DNA of 64,000 nucleotides from assembly GCA_963813065.1 (NCBI GenBank), contig CAWEXP010000008.1, positions 73,289 to 137,288 of the forward strand. Reading direction: 5' to 3'. Source of the DNA: Candidatus Kaiserbacteria bacterium (GTDB taxonomy: Bacteria > Patescibacteriota > Minisyncoccia > Phycocordibacterales > Phycocordibacteraceae). Position numbers and translations under genes: made by a program. This document shows, one piece after another, positions 46,816 through 56,698 of this stretch. The stretch's first letter is position 1; every line of letters starts with the position of its first letter. The notes beneath the pieces are model-generated. The model did no database searches. It saw only the letters and a list, made by a program, of their open reading frames with translations, and was not told where the DNA came from.

Positions 46816-47229
46816 ATGAAATATCTAGGGGTGGATTATGGGAGCAAAAAAGTCGGCCTCGCGCTCTCGGACGAGGGCGGCGCGATGGGATTCCCGCACA
46901 CCATTCTCCCGAACACGCCAAAGTTGATCGAAGAAATATGCGCGCTGATTGCACGCGAGAATGTCGGCGCAGTGGTGATTGGCGACTCGAAAGATTTCGC
47001 CGGCGTCGACAATCCTATTATGAGTGCGGCCCGCGCGTTCGGTGGGCAGATCGCCGAACGCGCGGGTGTGCCGGTCGCGTACGAATCCGAGGTGCTCACC
47101 AGCGCCGAGGCGCGCCGCAAGCCGGCGAAGGAAATGAAAACCCGCGCGCCCAGGGCGCGCGGGAACGTGGACGCCTCGGCCGCCGCGCTCATTCTTACTA
47201 GTTACCTTTCCCATACGCACCATGGATAA
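46816..47229 (+). CDS. ruvX: Putative pre-16S rRNA nuclease / Holliday junction resolvase-like YqgF
   Basis: MKYLGVDYGSKKVGLALSD... RNase H-like N-terminus. Confidence 0.85.
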   Translation: MKYLGVDYGSKKVGLALSDEGGAMGFPHTILPNTPKLIEEICALIARENVGAVVIGDSKDFAGVDNPIMSAARAFGGQIAERAGVPVAYESEVLTSAEARRKPAKEMKTRAPRARGNVDASAAALILTSYLSHTHHG

Positions 47230-47560
47230 ACCGCGCATCAGCATCGAAGAATTTTCTAAGATTGAAGTGAAGGTCGGTACCGTGAAGAGTGCCGAGCGTG
47301 TCCCCGAGACTGACAAATTATTTCGGTTAGTTGTTGATTTTGGTGAAACGGAACCACGACAAATTATTTCCGGCATCGCCGCATATGTGGCCGACCCACT
47401 GTCGCTTATCGATCGCCAGCTCGCCTTCGTGACGAATCTCGAGCCGCGCACCATCCGCGGGCTGGAGAGCAACGGCATGCTCTTCGCGGTCGGCGATGGC
47501 GACTCTTTTACGTTCATGGTTCCCGATCGCGCAGTTCCACCAGGAACTTCTGCGCACTGA
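47222..47560 (+). CDS. tRNA-binding protein (CsaA/Trbp111, Myf domain)
   Basis: KIEVKVGTVKSAERVPETDKLFRLVVDFGE...ISGIAAY is the OB-fold tRNA-binding signature. Confidence 0.75.
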   Translation: MDKPRISIEEFSKIEVKVGTVKSAERVPETDKLFRLVVDFGETEPRQIISGIAAYVADPLSLIDRQLAFVTNLEPRTIRGLESNGMLFAVGDGDSFTFMVPDRAVPPGTSAH

Positions 47561-47561
47561 A

Positions 47562-47616
47562 CGCAACCAAGGTTAAACCTTAAGAGTCTGACCCAAGGTT
47601 TAACCTTGGTTGCGTT
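47562..47616. terminator. Perfect 21-bp inverted repeat with 13-nt loop
   Basis: acgcaaccaaggttaaacctt ... aaggtttaaccttggttgcgt. Confidence 0.4.
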
Positions 47617-48716
47617 ATACTTATCAAATGCCTTCCGTATTTCGCGCACGATTGCACACCGCGTTTCGTCCGCCCCAGTATCTCGCGCCACCGGCGGTCG
47701 GCCTCGATCTCTCGGCGAGCAATTTGAAAGGGGTGCGCCTCTCGCGCGGAACGGGTGGCATCATCCTCGATGCGTATGCCGACGTCCCGATGACCGTGGG
47801 CGCCTTCGCGCGTGGCGAAGTGGTCGATCGTGTGGCGGTTGCCTCCGGCATTACGATTATCGCGGGAAAGCTCGGTGTCAGCTCTGCCGCGGTAGGTCTG
47901 CCCGAGGCGAAATCGTATCTCTTCGAGACACTCGCAAGTGGCAGTTCTAAAGAAGAATGGAAAGTTGCCGTTGAGCAACATCTCGGCGAACTCGTCCCCC
48001 TACCGCCCGTGGAGACTGTGTTCGATATTGTGAACACGGGCCAGGCGAGTTTCGCCGATGCACATGTGGTCGGTATCGGTTTTGCGCACCGCGTCATCGA
48101 AGAAGAGCTCGCGGCTTTTGATGCGGCATCAGTTTCCGTCACCGCGTTCGAGGGCGAACTCTTCGCGATGGCGCGAGCGCTCCTGCCAGCGGGGGACAGC
48201 TCGACGACGCTCATCGTCGACCTCGGCCGCGCGACCACCAAGCTCGGCATCGTCTCCGCGCGCGTGCCGCGCTTCAGCACCACGGTCGCGATCGGTGGCC
48301 ACGCCATCACCCTCGCGGTGCAGAAACACTTCGGCGTCACCGAGGAGGATGCGCGGCGCGTGAAAATTGACTACGGACTCACGCCACCATCCGGCAACGA
48401 GGAATATCTCTCGGCGATTATTTCGACGATTTCTGCAATTCGCGACGAGGTTGTCCAACGTTTTGCGTACTGGCAGAAGACCGCGGCAGTGGGCTCTCTG
48501 CATGAACCCATCACGCATGTCCTGGTCGTCGGCGGCAATGCGTCTATCCGTGGCCTCAGCGAATACTTCGAGAGTGAACTCAAGGTACCGGTTGCCACGG
48601 GTGATGTCTTCACCAATTTCGCACCGCGCGCTACCTGGCTCCCACCACTCTCATACGCCGAGTCACTCGCCTACGCCACCGCTATCGGCCTCGCACTTCG
48701 CTCCTATGATGTCTGA
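47610..48716 (+). CDS. pilM: Type IV pilus assembly protein PilM (actin-like ATPase fold)
   Basis: 368 aa. LIVDLGRATTKLGIV and VVGGNASIRGL segments. Confidence 0.75.
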   Translation: MRYTYQMPSVFRARLHTAFRPPQYLAPPAVGLDLSASNLKGVRLSRGTGGIILDAYADVPMTVGAFARGEVVDRVAVASGITIIAGKLGVSSAAVGLPEAKSYLFETLASGSSKEEWKVAVEQHLGELVPLPPVETVFDIVNTGQASFADAHVVGIGFAHRVIEEELAAFDAASVSVTAFEGELFAMARALLPAGDSSTTLIVDLGRATTKLGIVSARVPRFSTTVAIGGHAITLAVQKHFGVTEEDARRVKIDYGLTPPSGNEEYLSAIISTISAIRDEVVQRFAYWQKTAAVGSLHEPITHVLVVGGNASIRGLSEYFESELKVPVATGDVFTNFAPRATWLPPLSYAESLAYATAIGLALRSYDV

Positions 48717-49260
48717 CCTCACCAATCTCTTACCCGAGGAGCGCCGCCGCGCGCTCGATCGCGGCTATCTCCTCCGGCTCGGTACGGTCGCGATTCTCGC
48801 CGTGGTACTCCTCTTCGCCTGCGCGGCGGCGCTCCTGGTGCCCACCGAAGTGTTTCTCGCGGACGCCATCAATACAAAAAATGCACGGCTCACAGTTCTC
48901 AATAATTCGCTCGACTCCGCAGATGCCGCCGCGCTCTCGGCTCGACTCGCCACACTCGGCAACAATGTGTCTGCGGTCTCGACGCTCGCCACCGTGCCAC
49001 ATGCGAGCTCGGTGATGAGCGAGATACTCGCGATTGTGCATCCGAGCATTGTGCTCACGGGATTCACCTACGTGCCGCCCGTGAAGAAAGCACCCGCAAC
49101 GATCGCGGTGAGTGGTACCGCCGCGACGCGCGATGCACTCCGGTCGTACCAACTCGCGCTCCAGAGCGCACCGTTCGCGAGTGCGGTCGACTTGCCGGTC
49201 TCGGCCTACGCGCAAGATGCGAACATTTCGTTCACCATGACCGTCACCCTTGCGCCATGA
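48706..49260 (+). CDS. pilN: PilN-like pilus assembly protein
   Basis: ATG at 48706 (MMSDLTNLLPEERRR...) followed by a single TM. The track ORF is extended upstream in-frame inside pilM. Confidence 0.55.
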   Translation: MMSDLTNLLPEERRRALDRGYLLRLGTVAILAVVLLFACAAALLVPTEVFLADAINTKNARLTVLNNSLDSADAAALSARLATLGNNVSAVSTLATVPHASSVMSEILAIVHPSIVLTGFTYVPPVKKAPATIAVSGTAATRDALRSYQLALQSAPFASAVDLPVSAYAQDANISFTMTVTLAP

Positions 49261-49859
49261 GATCTCCCACCACCCAAGCATTTCTCGCGCTCGCACTCCT
49301 CGCGCTTACCGTCGTTGGGTACGGCGTGTGGTATGCGACCGTCTCTGCCTCGTCGGCGCAGGCCGCGAATCTCGAGACCCAGATCGAATCGAAAACGCAG
49401 GCCGAGAATCGCGTGGCCGCGGCGCGCGCGACACTCGACGAGATCGCGAGCGAAGAATCGATTGTCGACGGTTACTTCGTCTCGCAAGCGGGCGTGGTCT
49501 CGTTCATCAGTGCCCTCGAATCGCTCGGCACCACGCTCGGTACGAAAGTGACGATTCTTTCGGTGTCGACGGGCGGAACCAAGAACCAACCACAACTCAT
49601 CATTGTGCTCTCGGCCGAGGGCTCCTTTAGTGCCGTTATGCGCACCGTTGGTACCATCGAATTCGCGCCCTACGACCTCACCCTTGCGGGGCTCGCGGTG
49701 CGTAAGAATCCGACGGGCGATTGGACGGCGTCGCTCACGATTACGCTCGGCTCGACCGTGAGCAACCAGCCCTCAGGCTCGGCACCGGCACCAGTCATTC
49801 CGGCGGCGACGAGTACTTCATCGGTCTTCCAGCCTCTGCCGAACCCCCAAGCATCATGA
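49257..49859 (+). CDS. pilO: PilO-like pilus assembly protein
   Basis: N-terminal TM then coiled-coil (LETQIESKTQAENRVAAARATLDEI). Confidence 0.5.
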   Translation: MRSPTTQAFLALALLALTVVGYGVWYATVSASSAQAANLETQIESKTQAENRVAAARATLDEIASEESIVDGYFVSQAGVVSFISALESLGTTLGTKVTILSVSTGGTKNQPQLIIVLSAEGSFSAVMRTVGTIEFAPYDLTLAGLAVRKNPTGDWTASLTITLGSTVSNQPSGSAPAPVIPAATSTSSVFQPLPNPQAS

Positions 49860-50164
49860 AAAACTTTCCCTTCATCGAGCATCTTCGCGCCTGGCTTCGC
49901 CTGGGTGATCGAGCGCATCCCGAGCGAGACTGGTTCGCGCTCGTGACGGTCGTCGCGCTCGTACTCGCTGTTCTCGTCGTCTGGAATCTCTGGGCCTTCG
50001 ACACGGTCGCCGGCGGTGGCACTATTGGTTCGGCTACCTCGGCACCAGCACCAGTAGTGAATCGTTCCTCGCTCGACACCGTGCAAAAAATATTCAGCGA
50101 CCGCGCGACTGAGGAATCGAAGTATGCGACGGGTGTGTATCAATTCACTGATCCTTCGCAATAG
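49856..50164 (+). CDS. Small membrane protein of the pilMNO operon (PilP-like candidate)
   Basis: ATG at 49856. TM WFALVTVVALVLAVLVVW. Confidence 0.35.
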   Translation: MKNFPFIEHLRAWLRLGDRAHPERDWFALVTVVALVLAVLVVWNLWAFDTVAGGGTIGSATSAPAPVVNRSSLDTVQKIFSDRATEESKYATGVYQFTDPSQ

Positions 50165-50195
50165 AACACAAAGTGCGGTAGGGTTTAGCAGTCTC

Positions 50196-50267
50196 GCCTC
50201 TGTAGTTCAATGGATAGAACACCGGACTTCTAAGCCGGTTATGTAGGTTCGATTCCTACCAGGGGCA
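50196..50267 (+). tRNA. tRNA-Arg (anticodon TCT)
   Basis: Acceptor GCCTCTG/CAGGGGC, D-arm GTTCAATGGATAGAAC, anticodon loop CTTCTAA, T-arm GTAGGTTCGATTCCTAC. Confidence 0.85.
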
Positions 50268-50312
50268 CAGCGGTCAGGGCCCCAGTTTTCGTCTGCGAGG
50301 CCTCAAAAATAG

Positions 50313-50328
50313 TTCGCAACCGCGAGGG
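50313..50328 (+). repeat. Direct repeat copy 1 (TTCGCAACCGCGAGGG), candidate att site
   Basis: 18/20 identity with 53890-53909 (agtYcgcaaccgcgagggMt). The pair brackets the toxin-antitoxin plus serine recombinase element. Confidence 0.4.
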
Positions 50329-50454
50329 CTATTCGCGTTGCAGGAGGTCCAAATATGTCCTATAGTGCCAGTAACACTCTGTTCACACCCGCGTCATATA
50401 CACTGTTGTTTACTGGGCTAGATGCGCGACAATAGACACAGAAGACACATAAAA

Positions 50455-50961
50455 ATGGCCTCTACTCTCAACAAGGAAAAGTACACGAACGCGCTCCTGT
50501 ATTTCATTACGGAGTGTGGCAATGAGAAGTTGGGCATTATGAAGCTCAACAAGCTTTTCTACTACCTCGACTTCATCTCCTATCGTGACCGCAAGGCAAG
50601 CGTCACCGGCGAAACATACGTCCATCTTCCGAAAGGCCCACTCGCTTCCTCGCTTGAAACTGAAATCATCGCCTCCGCCCAAAAGGCCAAGCTCATCGAG
50701 CGCAAGGAGGACGAGAGCGAAAAGTACGGCAAGCGGAACCGCTTCCAAGCACTCAAGGAAGCCGATCTCTCATTGTTTGATGAGTACGAGCAAGGATTGC
50801 TCAAGTATCTCTCCTCGACATTCAAGGACTGGAGTACCGATAAAATGGTCGCCCAGACGCACAGCGAAGCACCGTGGGTTTTCTCGAACCCGAGTAAGCC
50901 GCTCGATTATAAGAATGCTGACGACATCGAATTCTTTACGGAACACGCAGTAGCGGCGTAG
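50455..50961 (+). CDS. Panacea-domain (SocA/DUF4065-like) antitoxin-type protein
   Basis: KLNKLFYYLDFISYRD motif. ATG at 50455. Confidence 0.55.
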   Translation: MASTLNKEKYTNALLYFITECGNEKLGIMKLNKLFYYLDFISYRDRKASVTGETYVHLPKGPLASSLETEIIASAQKAKLIERKEDESEKYGKRNRFQALKEADLSLFDEYEQGLLKYLSSTFKDWSTDKMVAQTHSEAPWVFSNPSKPLDYKNADDIEFFTEHAVAA

Positions 50962-50981
50962 GGATTTCGGCTCCTTCTCGT

Positions 50982-51365
50982 ATGGCTTGGCGCGTGGAGC
51001 GGACAGAGAGTTTCGACAGGTGGTGGAAGAAGGAAAAGGTTGAGGAGGCGAACTACAAATACCACAAGCAGGCTCTTGAGGATTTTCAACCGATCTCGCT
51101 CCCGCACAACGTGCAGAGCTGCATTTTCAAGAACACGAGCTTTGAGTGCTGGGTCACGCGGTTGCCGGATAAGATGCGGCAGCAGGGCAAGTCAGGCGGA
51201 TTCCGCGTCGTGCTCGTTCTCGACCTTGAAGAGAAGGTGCTCTGGCTCCAGGGCATATTCCGTCGCGGTCATCTTTCGTGGCAGGGTAGCAGCGGCAAAC
51301 ACGACGATGCATACGATGCTCTCGTGAAGGATTTGGCGCAACAGTTTGTAGAAGCTAAGCACTAA
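50982..51365 (+). CDS. Putative toxin partner (RelE/ParE-like fold)
   Basis: [24 protein letters not shown] resembles the RelE/ParE core. Adjacent to the Panacea gene. Confidence 0.4.
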   Translation: MAWRVERTESFDRWWKKEKVEEANYKYHKQALEDFQPISLPHNVQSCIFKNTSFECWVTRLPDKMRQQGKSGGFRVVLVLDLEEKVLWLQGIFRRGHLSWQGSSGKHDDAYDALVKDLAQQFVEAKH

Positions 51366-52698
51366 CAATTTCCGCGTCAGCGAGTTTGATTATTCGATCA
51401 TTCAAGATAAGCCGGTCTCTCAGATGCTCCAGCAGCTCCCGCTTCTCTTCCCGGCTACCATTCTTCAGTAGATACTTAGCGTATTTGCGTATGTCCATCT
51501 CCTTGGCCTCGATGGTTTCTGAGGTGCCCTCAACCTCAGCCCGCAGCTTGTTGTACCTCGATACCTCGCGCTCAATCAGGTGTCGTGCCCCGATCTCGTC
51601 GAGGGATATACGGTCGATGAGGGTGACCAGCTGGTCGAGCACCTTTTCCTCGCGCAGATACGGGTTCTTGCACTGGGTATCCTTGGCGCGGGAACAGGAA
51701 TAATAGATGTACGATACCGGCTCTCCGGTACTGAGCAGTTTAGATTTTTCTTGCGCTGTGATGCCTGAGCCGCAGTACCCGCAGAGGAGGAGCTTGGTGA
51801 AGTTCCATTCCTTGAATCTGGTCTTTGGGCGATTCTCCTCTGCGATCTTTTCTTGTACCGCTTGGAATAATTCCTGAGTGATGAGCGGCGTATGCTTGCC
51901 GGTATACCAATTGCTCGAGCCTCGTGGATATTCGAAGACGCCACAGTAGAAGGGATTCTTGAGCATTTTGTATAGGGTAGATAGGTTCATGCTCTTGCCG
52001 ATTCGGGAGGCGAAGTGCACATCGCGCTTGAGCCACCCGTGTACCTTGCGGCCGCTCCAACGCTCGACACCAACTTTCTCAAACACTTGCTTGATGATAG
52101 GGGAGCGGACTGGATCAACGAGTACCTCACAGCGATGATCCTTTCGACCATCATTCAAGTATCCCGTTGGCGCGATGCCAGGCCAGAGTCCCATTTCGAC
52201 TCGCGCTCTGAGACCGCGCTTCACGTTGACGCGCTTGTTGTCGTTCTCGAGCTTGGCCTGCGAGCCGAGAATCATGAGCAAGAACTTCTCATTCGGGTTA
52301 TTGCCGAACCGCTGGCCGTACGTCCTAATGTCCACCAAGTGCTTGCTGTCCATTAAGTCCACGATGCGGCCGAGGTCTCCGGCGTTCCTGCTAATGCGGT
52401 CTGGTGCCCAGGTTAAGATGCCGTTGAACTTGCCCGCCCGCAGCTCGTCCACGATCTCGTTGAACACCGGCCGCGCCCCGGCTTCCTTGGCCGAGTGCGA
52501 TTCGCGCTTCATTTCGACAATCTCCAATTTCTCCTTCTTCGCCAAGGCGAGCATCTCCTTCACCTGGCTCTCGATGCTGAGCACCTGCTGTTCTTCGCTC
52601 TCGGTGCTCTTCCTCGCATACAAGCAGTACCGCACCGTCTGCACCTCCACCAAGGGAGGAGCCGCCCCGAAACCGCCCTGAATCATTGCTGTTTCCAT
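51355..52698 (-). CDS. Large serine recombinase (resolvase domain + recombinase + zinc-ribbon)
   Basis: Resolvase N-terminus [19 protein letters not shown] with catalytic Ser. C-terminal [11 protein letters not shown] zinc ribbon. 447 aa. Confidence 0.9.
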   Translation of the reverse strand: METAMIQGGFGAAPPLVEVQTVRYCLYARKSTESEEQQVLSIESQVKEMLALAKKEKLEIVEMKRESHSAKEAGARPVFNEIVDELRAGKFNGILTWAPDRISRNAGDLGRIVDLMDSKHLVDIRTYGQRFGNNPNEKFLLMILGSQAKLENDNKRVNVKRGLRARVEMGLWPGIAPTGYLNDGRKDHRCEVLVDPVRSPIIKQVFEKVGVERWSGRKVHGWLKRDVHFASRIGKSMNLSTLYKMLKNPFYCGVFEYPRGSSNWYTGKHTPLITQELFQAVQEKIAEENRPKTRFKEWNFTKLLLCGYCGSGITAQEKSKLLSTGEPVSYIYYSCSRAKDTQCKNPYLREEKVLDQLVTLIDRISLDEIGARHLIEREVSRYNKLRAEVEGTSETIEAKEMDIRKYAKYLLKNGSREEKRELLEHLRDRLILNDRIIKLADAEIVSA

Positions 52699-52862
52699 AC
52701 ATGTGCCGTTATTGCTAACGGTCTAAGGGATGACGCAACCCCTCACGGGTGTCCAGCGAGGGGCTGTTGGTATCTAAAAGGCCTGTCCCCATGAGCGCTA
52801 CCGCCCTACAAAATGTGAGGTAAAATGGGGGCGTACCCTTAATTTGATTACCACTCGTAATT

Positions 52863-53489
52863 ATGTCTGCTGAAAACCCGTTTGCGAAATCACCAATACG
52901 CGAGGTCACTGCTGAAGACCTTGGTATCCCACCGGAAGCCGAGGCGCTCGTTGCTGCCCCACCACCCGTCGCAGAGACCGCCTCTGAAATTCCTGCGGTT
53001 GAATCAGAGCGTGCTCAGCAAATCGGCAAGCAGATGGAATCCCTTAGCGCGACTGGGGGCAGGTCCGCAGAAAAACTGCGACGCATTGAGATGGAGGCCG
53101 ACCGGCATCCCGAATACTTCGGCGGGAATCCGGAACTGTCTAATCAGTTTTGGACGCGCGTGCAGGAAAAGGCCGCAGAACTCCGCACCGGGCCAGAGCT
53201 GATGCGTAAGAAAGAAGAGTTTTGGGATAAATGGAAGAAGGGTTCGATGATTACGGCTGGCGTAGGTGTGCTAGCTGGCGTTGCGGGAGCCGCTTGGAGT
53301 GCAAAATACGGCTTTGACCACACCTACATGAAAGAAGTTCTCGGGCAATCTCTGAATGTGCCAATGGTTGCCGGATTTGCAACCGCCGCCATTGCGGAGG
53401 GTTCAGCTGGTATTGGGAAGCTCATGGAGATGCTTCGAGGCCAAAAGCGCTCCGATCTCCAGGATAATTTAAGGAGGAATAAAATCTAA
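52863..53489 (+). CDS. Hypothetical protein with C-terminal hydrophobic segment
   Basis: 208-aa ORF. TM MITAGVGVLAGVAGAAW. Confidence 0.35.
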   Translation: MSAENPFAKSPIREVTAEDLGIPPEAEALVAAPPPVAETASEIPAVESERAQQIGKQMESLSATGGRSAEKLRRIEMEADRHPEYFGGNPELSNQFWTRVQEKAAELRTGPELMRKKEEFWDKWKKGSMITAGVGVLAGVAGAAWSAKYGFDHTYMKEVLGQSLNVPMVAGFATAAIAEGSAGIGKLMEMLRGQKRSDLQDNLRRNKI

Positions 53490-53495
53490 AGCACC

Positions 53496-53690
53496 ATGGA
53501 CAACAATCAAAATTTCAACTCCCTCGATTTGCAGCAGATTTTCGAGAGCCTGCCGGACGACAAGAAAGTCGAGTTCCTGAAAGACCTCCAAGAAATCGTA
53601 TCTCTCGGCGATCAGCAGATTTTCGACGTCGAGCGCATCATCGGCGAGACAATCAAGGAATTTGAAGATAAAAAGGCCGCTACAGCATAG
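53496..53690 (+). CDS. Small acidic hypothetical protein
   Basis: 64-aa ORF followed by an intrinsic terminator. Confidence 0.3.
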   Translation: MDNNQNFNSLDLQQIFESLPDDKKVEFLKDLQEIVSLGDQQIFDVERIIGETIKEFEDKKAATA

Positions 53691-53708
53691 TCACTCCCCA
53701 GGAGAAAC

Positions 53709-53739
53709 CCGCCGCGCTAGATAAACGCGGCGGTTTTCT
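53709..53739 (+). terminator. Rho-independent terminator
   Basis: ccgccgcg-ctagataaa-cgcggcgg followed by ttttctg. Confidence 0.45.
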
Positions 53740-53891
53740 GATTCTAGGTATTTGTAGGCATTTTGCGGCCTGCCGCATGAGTGTCTAATGTGTCTAACCC
53801 CTCAAAATGCAACACGCCACAAACGCCCTTTTGGCGTTGCATTCTATATCATTTTGACCCCCGACCCCCTGTCAGATTTGTAAGATTTCAG

Positions 53892-53907
53892 TCCGCAACC
53901 GCGAGGG
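53892..53907 (+). repeat. Direct repeat copy 2 (TCCGCAACCGCGAGGG), candidate att site
   Basis: See 50313..50328. Confidence 0.4.
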
Positions 53908-54135
53908 ATGCACTGGAAACAGGCGAGACACGCTCTAAACGTTAGAATACCCTTATTCTGCTTGCTGGAATCGCTAAAACGAGACAGTGTCCGATATACC
54001 CGACCCGTGTCTCATTTGTCTCATTTTGTACCCGACCGCGAGGCCTCGATCCGGGTGAGCGACTACTCGCCAAACGGCCCTTGTGTTGCCTCACCTGGTC
54101 CAGTTCAGTACAGTGAGGGGGCACAAATAACTGCG

Positions 54136-54232
54136 TGGTGCCGAGGGGGGGACTTGAACCCCCAATCCCTTGCGGGAACTACGACCTGAACGTAGCGTGT
54201 CTGCCAATTTCACCACCTCGGCTTTTGTTGCT
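54136..54232 (-). tRNA. tRNA-Leu (anticodon CAG), CCA encoded
   Basis: Acceptor GCCGAGG/CCTCGGC, anticodon stem CTACG/CGTAG with loop TTCAGGT, long variable arm, T-arm GGGGGTTCAAGTCCCCC, then ACCA. Confidence 0.85.
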
Positions 54233-54247
54233 CGCGTATGCCAGCTG

Positions 54248-54321
54248 TGCGCGGTGAGGGATTCGAACCCCCGACCTTTCGCGTGTAAGGCGATCGCTCT
54301 AACCAACTGAGCTAACCGCGC
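54248..54321 (-). tRNA. tRNA-Val (anticodon TAC)
   Basis: Acceptor GCGCGGT/ACCGCGC, D-arm GCTCAGTTGGTTAGAGC, anticodon loop CTTACAC, T-arm GGGGGTTCGAATCCCTC. Confidence 0.85.
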
Positions 54322-54384
54322 GCACCGCTACACTAGCAAGTAATCAACAGTCCTCCAATGTTTCGAACCCCGGTATAGTATACT

Positions 54385-55092
54385 GTGTTGTATACATCTA
54401 TGAAACGGCAAGAGCGGGACAAGTCGATTTTACTTAGAAAACGTGGCATGTCTCTCGGTGAGATTGCGCGCAGACTCAAAGTCTCAAAAGCCATCGTAAG
54501 TGTATGGGTACGGAGCGTTCCTCTTTCCAAAAAACAACGAGAATCTTTGAATGATCGTGGGTTTAGTATTGGTGCGATAGAAAAAAGAAGGGAAGCGAGA
54601 ATCGCACATACTCAACAGAGGCACCGAAAAGTAATCGATACAGCGAAAACCAGCATCAAGGAAATCTCAAAAACAGATTTAAAACTAATTGGTACGGCCC
54701 TGTACTGGGGAGAGGGTGGAAAGTCTCTGCGAGGCGGTGCGCGCATTGCCAATAGCGATCCTCGCATTATTGTCATAATGATGCGTTTCTTCCGTGAAGT
54801 TTTCTCGGTGCCCGAAACAAAGTTTCGAGGACAAGTGCATACGTTTTCACACCTCAATGCTGGAAAAGCAGAACGATACTGGTCAAAAGTGTCGGGCATC
54901 CCAACTACACAGTTTTATAAGACGTATTCGAAACCAAGTATTGCGAGTCAGGGAAAGAAAGATAACTTGCCAAATGGAACTTTTGATATTTACGTCTCTG
55001 ACACAATCATATTTCTCACCATCCAAGGATGGATTGAAAGACTTGCAGAACTCGGGGCTGAAGTTCCGCATCGCGCGCTCAAGATGGAGTAG
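54385..55092 (+). CDS. LAGLIDADG-type endonuclease with N-terminal HTH (single motif)
   Basis: HTH MSLGEIARRLKVSKAIVSVWV. LAGLIDADG-like LIGTALYWGEGGKS. 64 bp from the tRNA-Val/tRNA-Leu pair. Confidence 0.55.
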   Translation: MLYTSMKRQERDKSILLRKRGMSLGEIARRLKVSKAIVSVWVRSVPLSKKQRESLNDRGFSIGAIEKRREARIAHTQQRHRKVIDTAKTSIKEISKTDLKLIGTALYWGEGGKSLRGGARIANSDPRIIVIMMRFFREVFSVPETKFRGQVHTFSHLNAGKAERYWSKVSGIPTTQFYKTYSKPSIASQGKKDNLPNGTFDIYVSDTIIFLTIQGWIERLAELGAEVPHRALKME

Positions 55093-55098
55093 TATAGG

Positions 55099-55938
55099 TT
55101 GATGAACGAAGTTGCTCGCTACTACGACTACACACTGCCATTTTACAAACTCTTTTGGCATGGCGCGACGCATGCGCTCCACTACGGCATCTGGGATACG
55201 ACAACGAAGACGCATGCCGAGGCGCTTATCAACAGTAATCGGACACTGGCGCAGAGGGCGCGGATAACGAACGCAGATACGGTTCTTGACGCAGGCTGTG
55301 GTGTTGGAGGGAGTAGCCTCTGGCTTGCCAAGCATACCGGAGCGCACGTCACGGGCATCACGGTCAGTTCCCGGCAATGCGAGAAGGCACAGGAGCTCGC
55401 GATGCGCGAAGGCCTTGCATCAAAAACACACTTTCTGGTCCGCGACTACCTCGACACCAAGTTTCCCTCGGAGTCATTCACGGTTGTGTGGGGACTCGAG
55501 AGCCTGTGCTATGCGCACGATAGAGTCGACGCTCTCGCCACCGAACTCTATCGCGTGCTCAAGCCAGGCGGGCGGTTGGTCGTTGCAGATGGATTCCTCG
55601 GTAAATCCGGCAATCTCTCTGAACACGAACGCCGACTCGTGCGGATATTTGAAGACGGATTCGTTCTGCCTCCGATGACTACACCCGAGGCGTTCTCGGT
55701 GGCGCTCGGGCGTGCCGGGTTTAAAAATATAGAAGTGACCGACGTGACAGCGTACATTCTCCCAACGGCCCGCAGGATGTGGCGACTGTGCTTCTGGACA
55801 TATCCGCTCGCGGTTCTGCTGGCGTATCTGCGATTCGTTCCCGAGTTGCTACGAAAAAATCATCGGACTGCCATTGTCCAACGTGAGCTTTTCGAGAAGC
55901 GATCGTTGGTCTATTGTGTTCTCTACGCTGAAAAGTAA
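55099..55938 (+). CDS. Class I SAM-dependent methyltransferase
   Basis: Motif I VLDAGCGVGGSSLWLAKHTGAHVTGITVS. Motif post-I LKPGGRLVVADGF. Confidence 0.8.
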   Translation: MMNEVARYYDYTLPFYKLFWHGATHALHYGIWDTTTKTHAEALINSNRTLAQRARITNADTVLDAGCGVGGSSLWLAKHTGAHVTGITVSSRQCEKAQELAMREGLASKTHFLVRDYLDTKFPSESFTVVWGLESLCYAHDRVDALATELYRVLKPGGRLVVADGFLGKSGNLSEHERRLVRIFEDGFVLPPMTTPEAFSVALGRAGFKNIEVTDVTAYILPTARRMWRLCFWTYPLAVLLAYLRFVPELLRKNHRTAIVQRELFEKRSLVYCVLYAEK

Positions 55939-55962
55939 CCAGTACGTTACCTTATTCTCTTC

Positions 55963-56682
55963 ATGCCCGTTCCCATTACTATGGCTCAAGGACCACTTTC
56001 AGTCGGCATCATCATGGACGGCAATCGCCGCTGGGCGAAAGAGCGCGGGCAGAGCTCCCTCGATGGGCACGAGGCGGGCGCACGACTCCTGCTTACACTC
56101 CTCGACGAGTATCGCGCGATCCGCGACGAGTGGGGCACCGCGCACTATATTTTTTATGCATTCTCGACCGAGAATTGGAGTCGGACCCAGGAGGAAGTTG
56201 CGAATCTGCTCGGCATCTTCGAACGCGCGTTTAAGAGTATTGAAGAGCGACTACCGAAACTGCTCGAAGACGGTGTGCGCGTCCGTTTCATTGGCGACCG
56301 CTCCCGCTTCTCCCCACAACTGCAGGCACTGATGCGTGGCGTGGAAGAAAAAACAAAAGAGGGCACGCGGGGCACCATCGCCATTGCGGTCTCGTATGGC
56401 GGCCAAGCGGACATTCTGCAAGCGAGCAGTCGGCTATTGAAAGAGGGCAAGAAAGAAATGTCTGCCGAGGATCTCTCCTCGGTGCTCTGGACTCACGGCA
56501 TCCCCGCGCCGGACCTCATCATCCGCACCGGCGGCGAACACCGGCTCTCCAATTTCCTCACCTGGGAATCGGTCTACAGCGAACTCTTTTTCATCGACAC
56601 ACTCTGGCCGGACTTCTCTCGCGCCGAACTCGAAAAAATCTTTACCGACTTCAGGACGCGCGAGCGCCGGCACGGGAAATAA
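55963..56682 (+). CDS. uppS: Undecaprenyl pyrophosphate synthase
   Basis: SVGIIMDGNRRWAKERG and FSTENWSR motifs. Confidence 0.9.
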   Translation: MPVPITMAQGPLSVGIIMDGNRRWAKERGQSSLDGHEAGARLLLTLLDEYRAIRDEWGTAHYIFYAFSTENWSRTQEEVANLLGIFERAFKSIEERLPKLLEDGVRVRFIGDRSRFSPQLQALMRGVEEKTKEGTRGTIAIAVSYGGQADILQASSRLLKEGKKEMSAEDLSSVLWTHGIPAPDLIIRTGGEHRLSNFLTWESVYSELFFIDTLWPDFSRAELEKIFTDFRTRERRHGK

Positions 56683-56698
56683 GTGATAGGGTAGAGCC

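Noticed and set aside
50296-54058. Shorter gcgaggcctc motif at 50297 and 54049 as the element boundary
   Set aside because: Only 10 bp, and the longer 16-20-bp repeat pair at 50313/53892 is the better att candidate. It is mentioned inside that finding rather than called separately.
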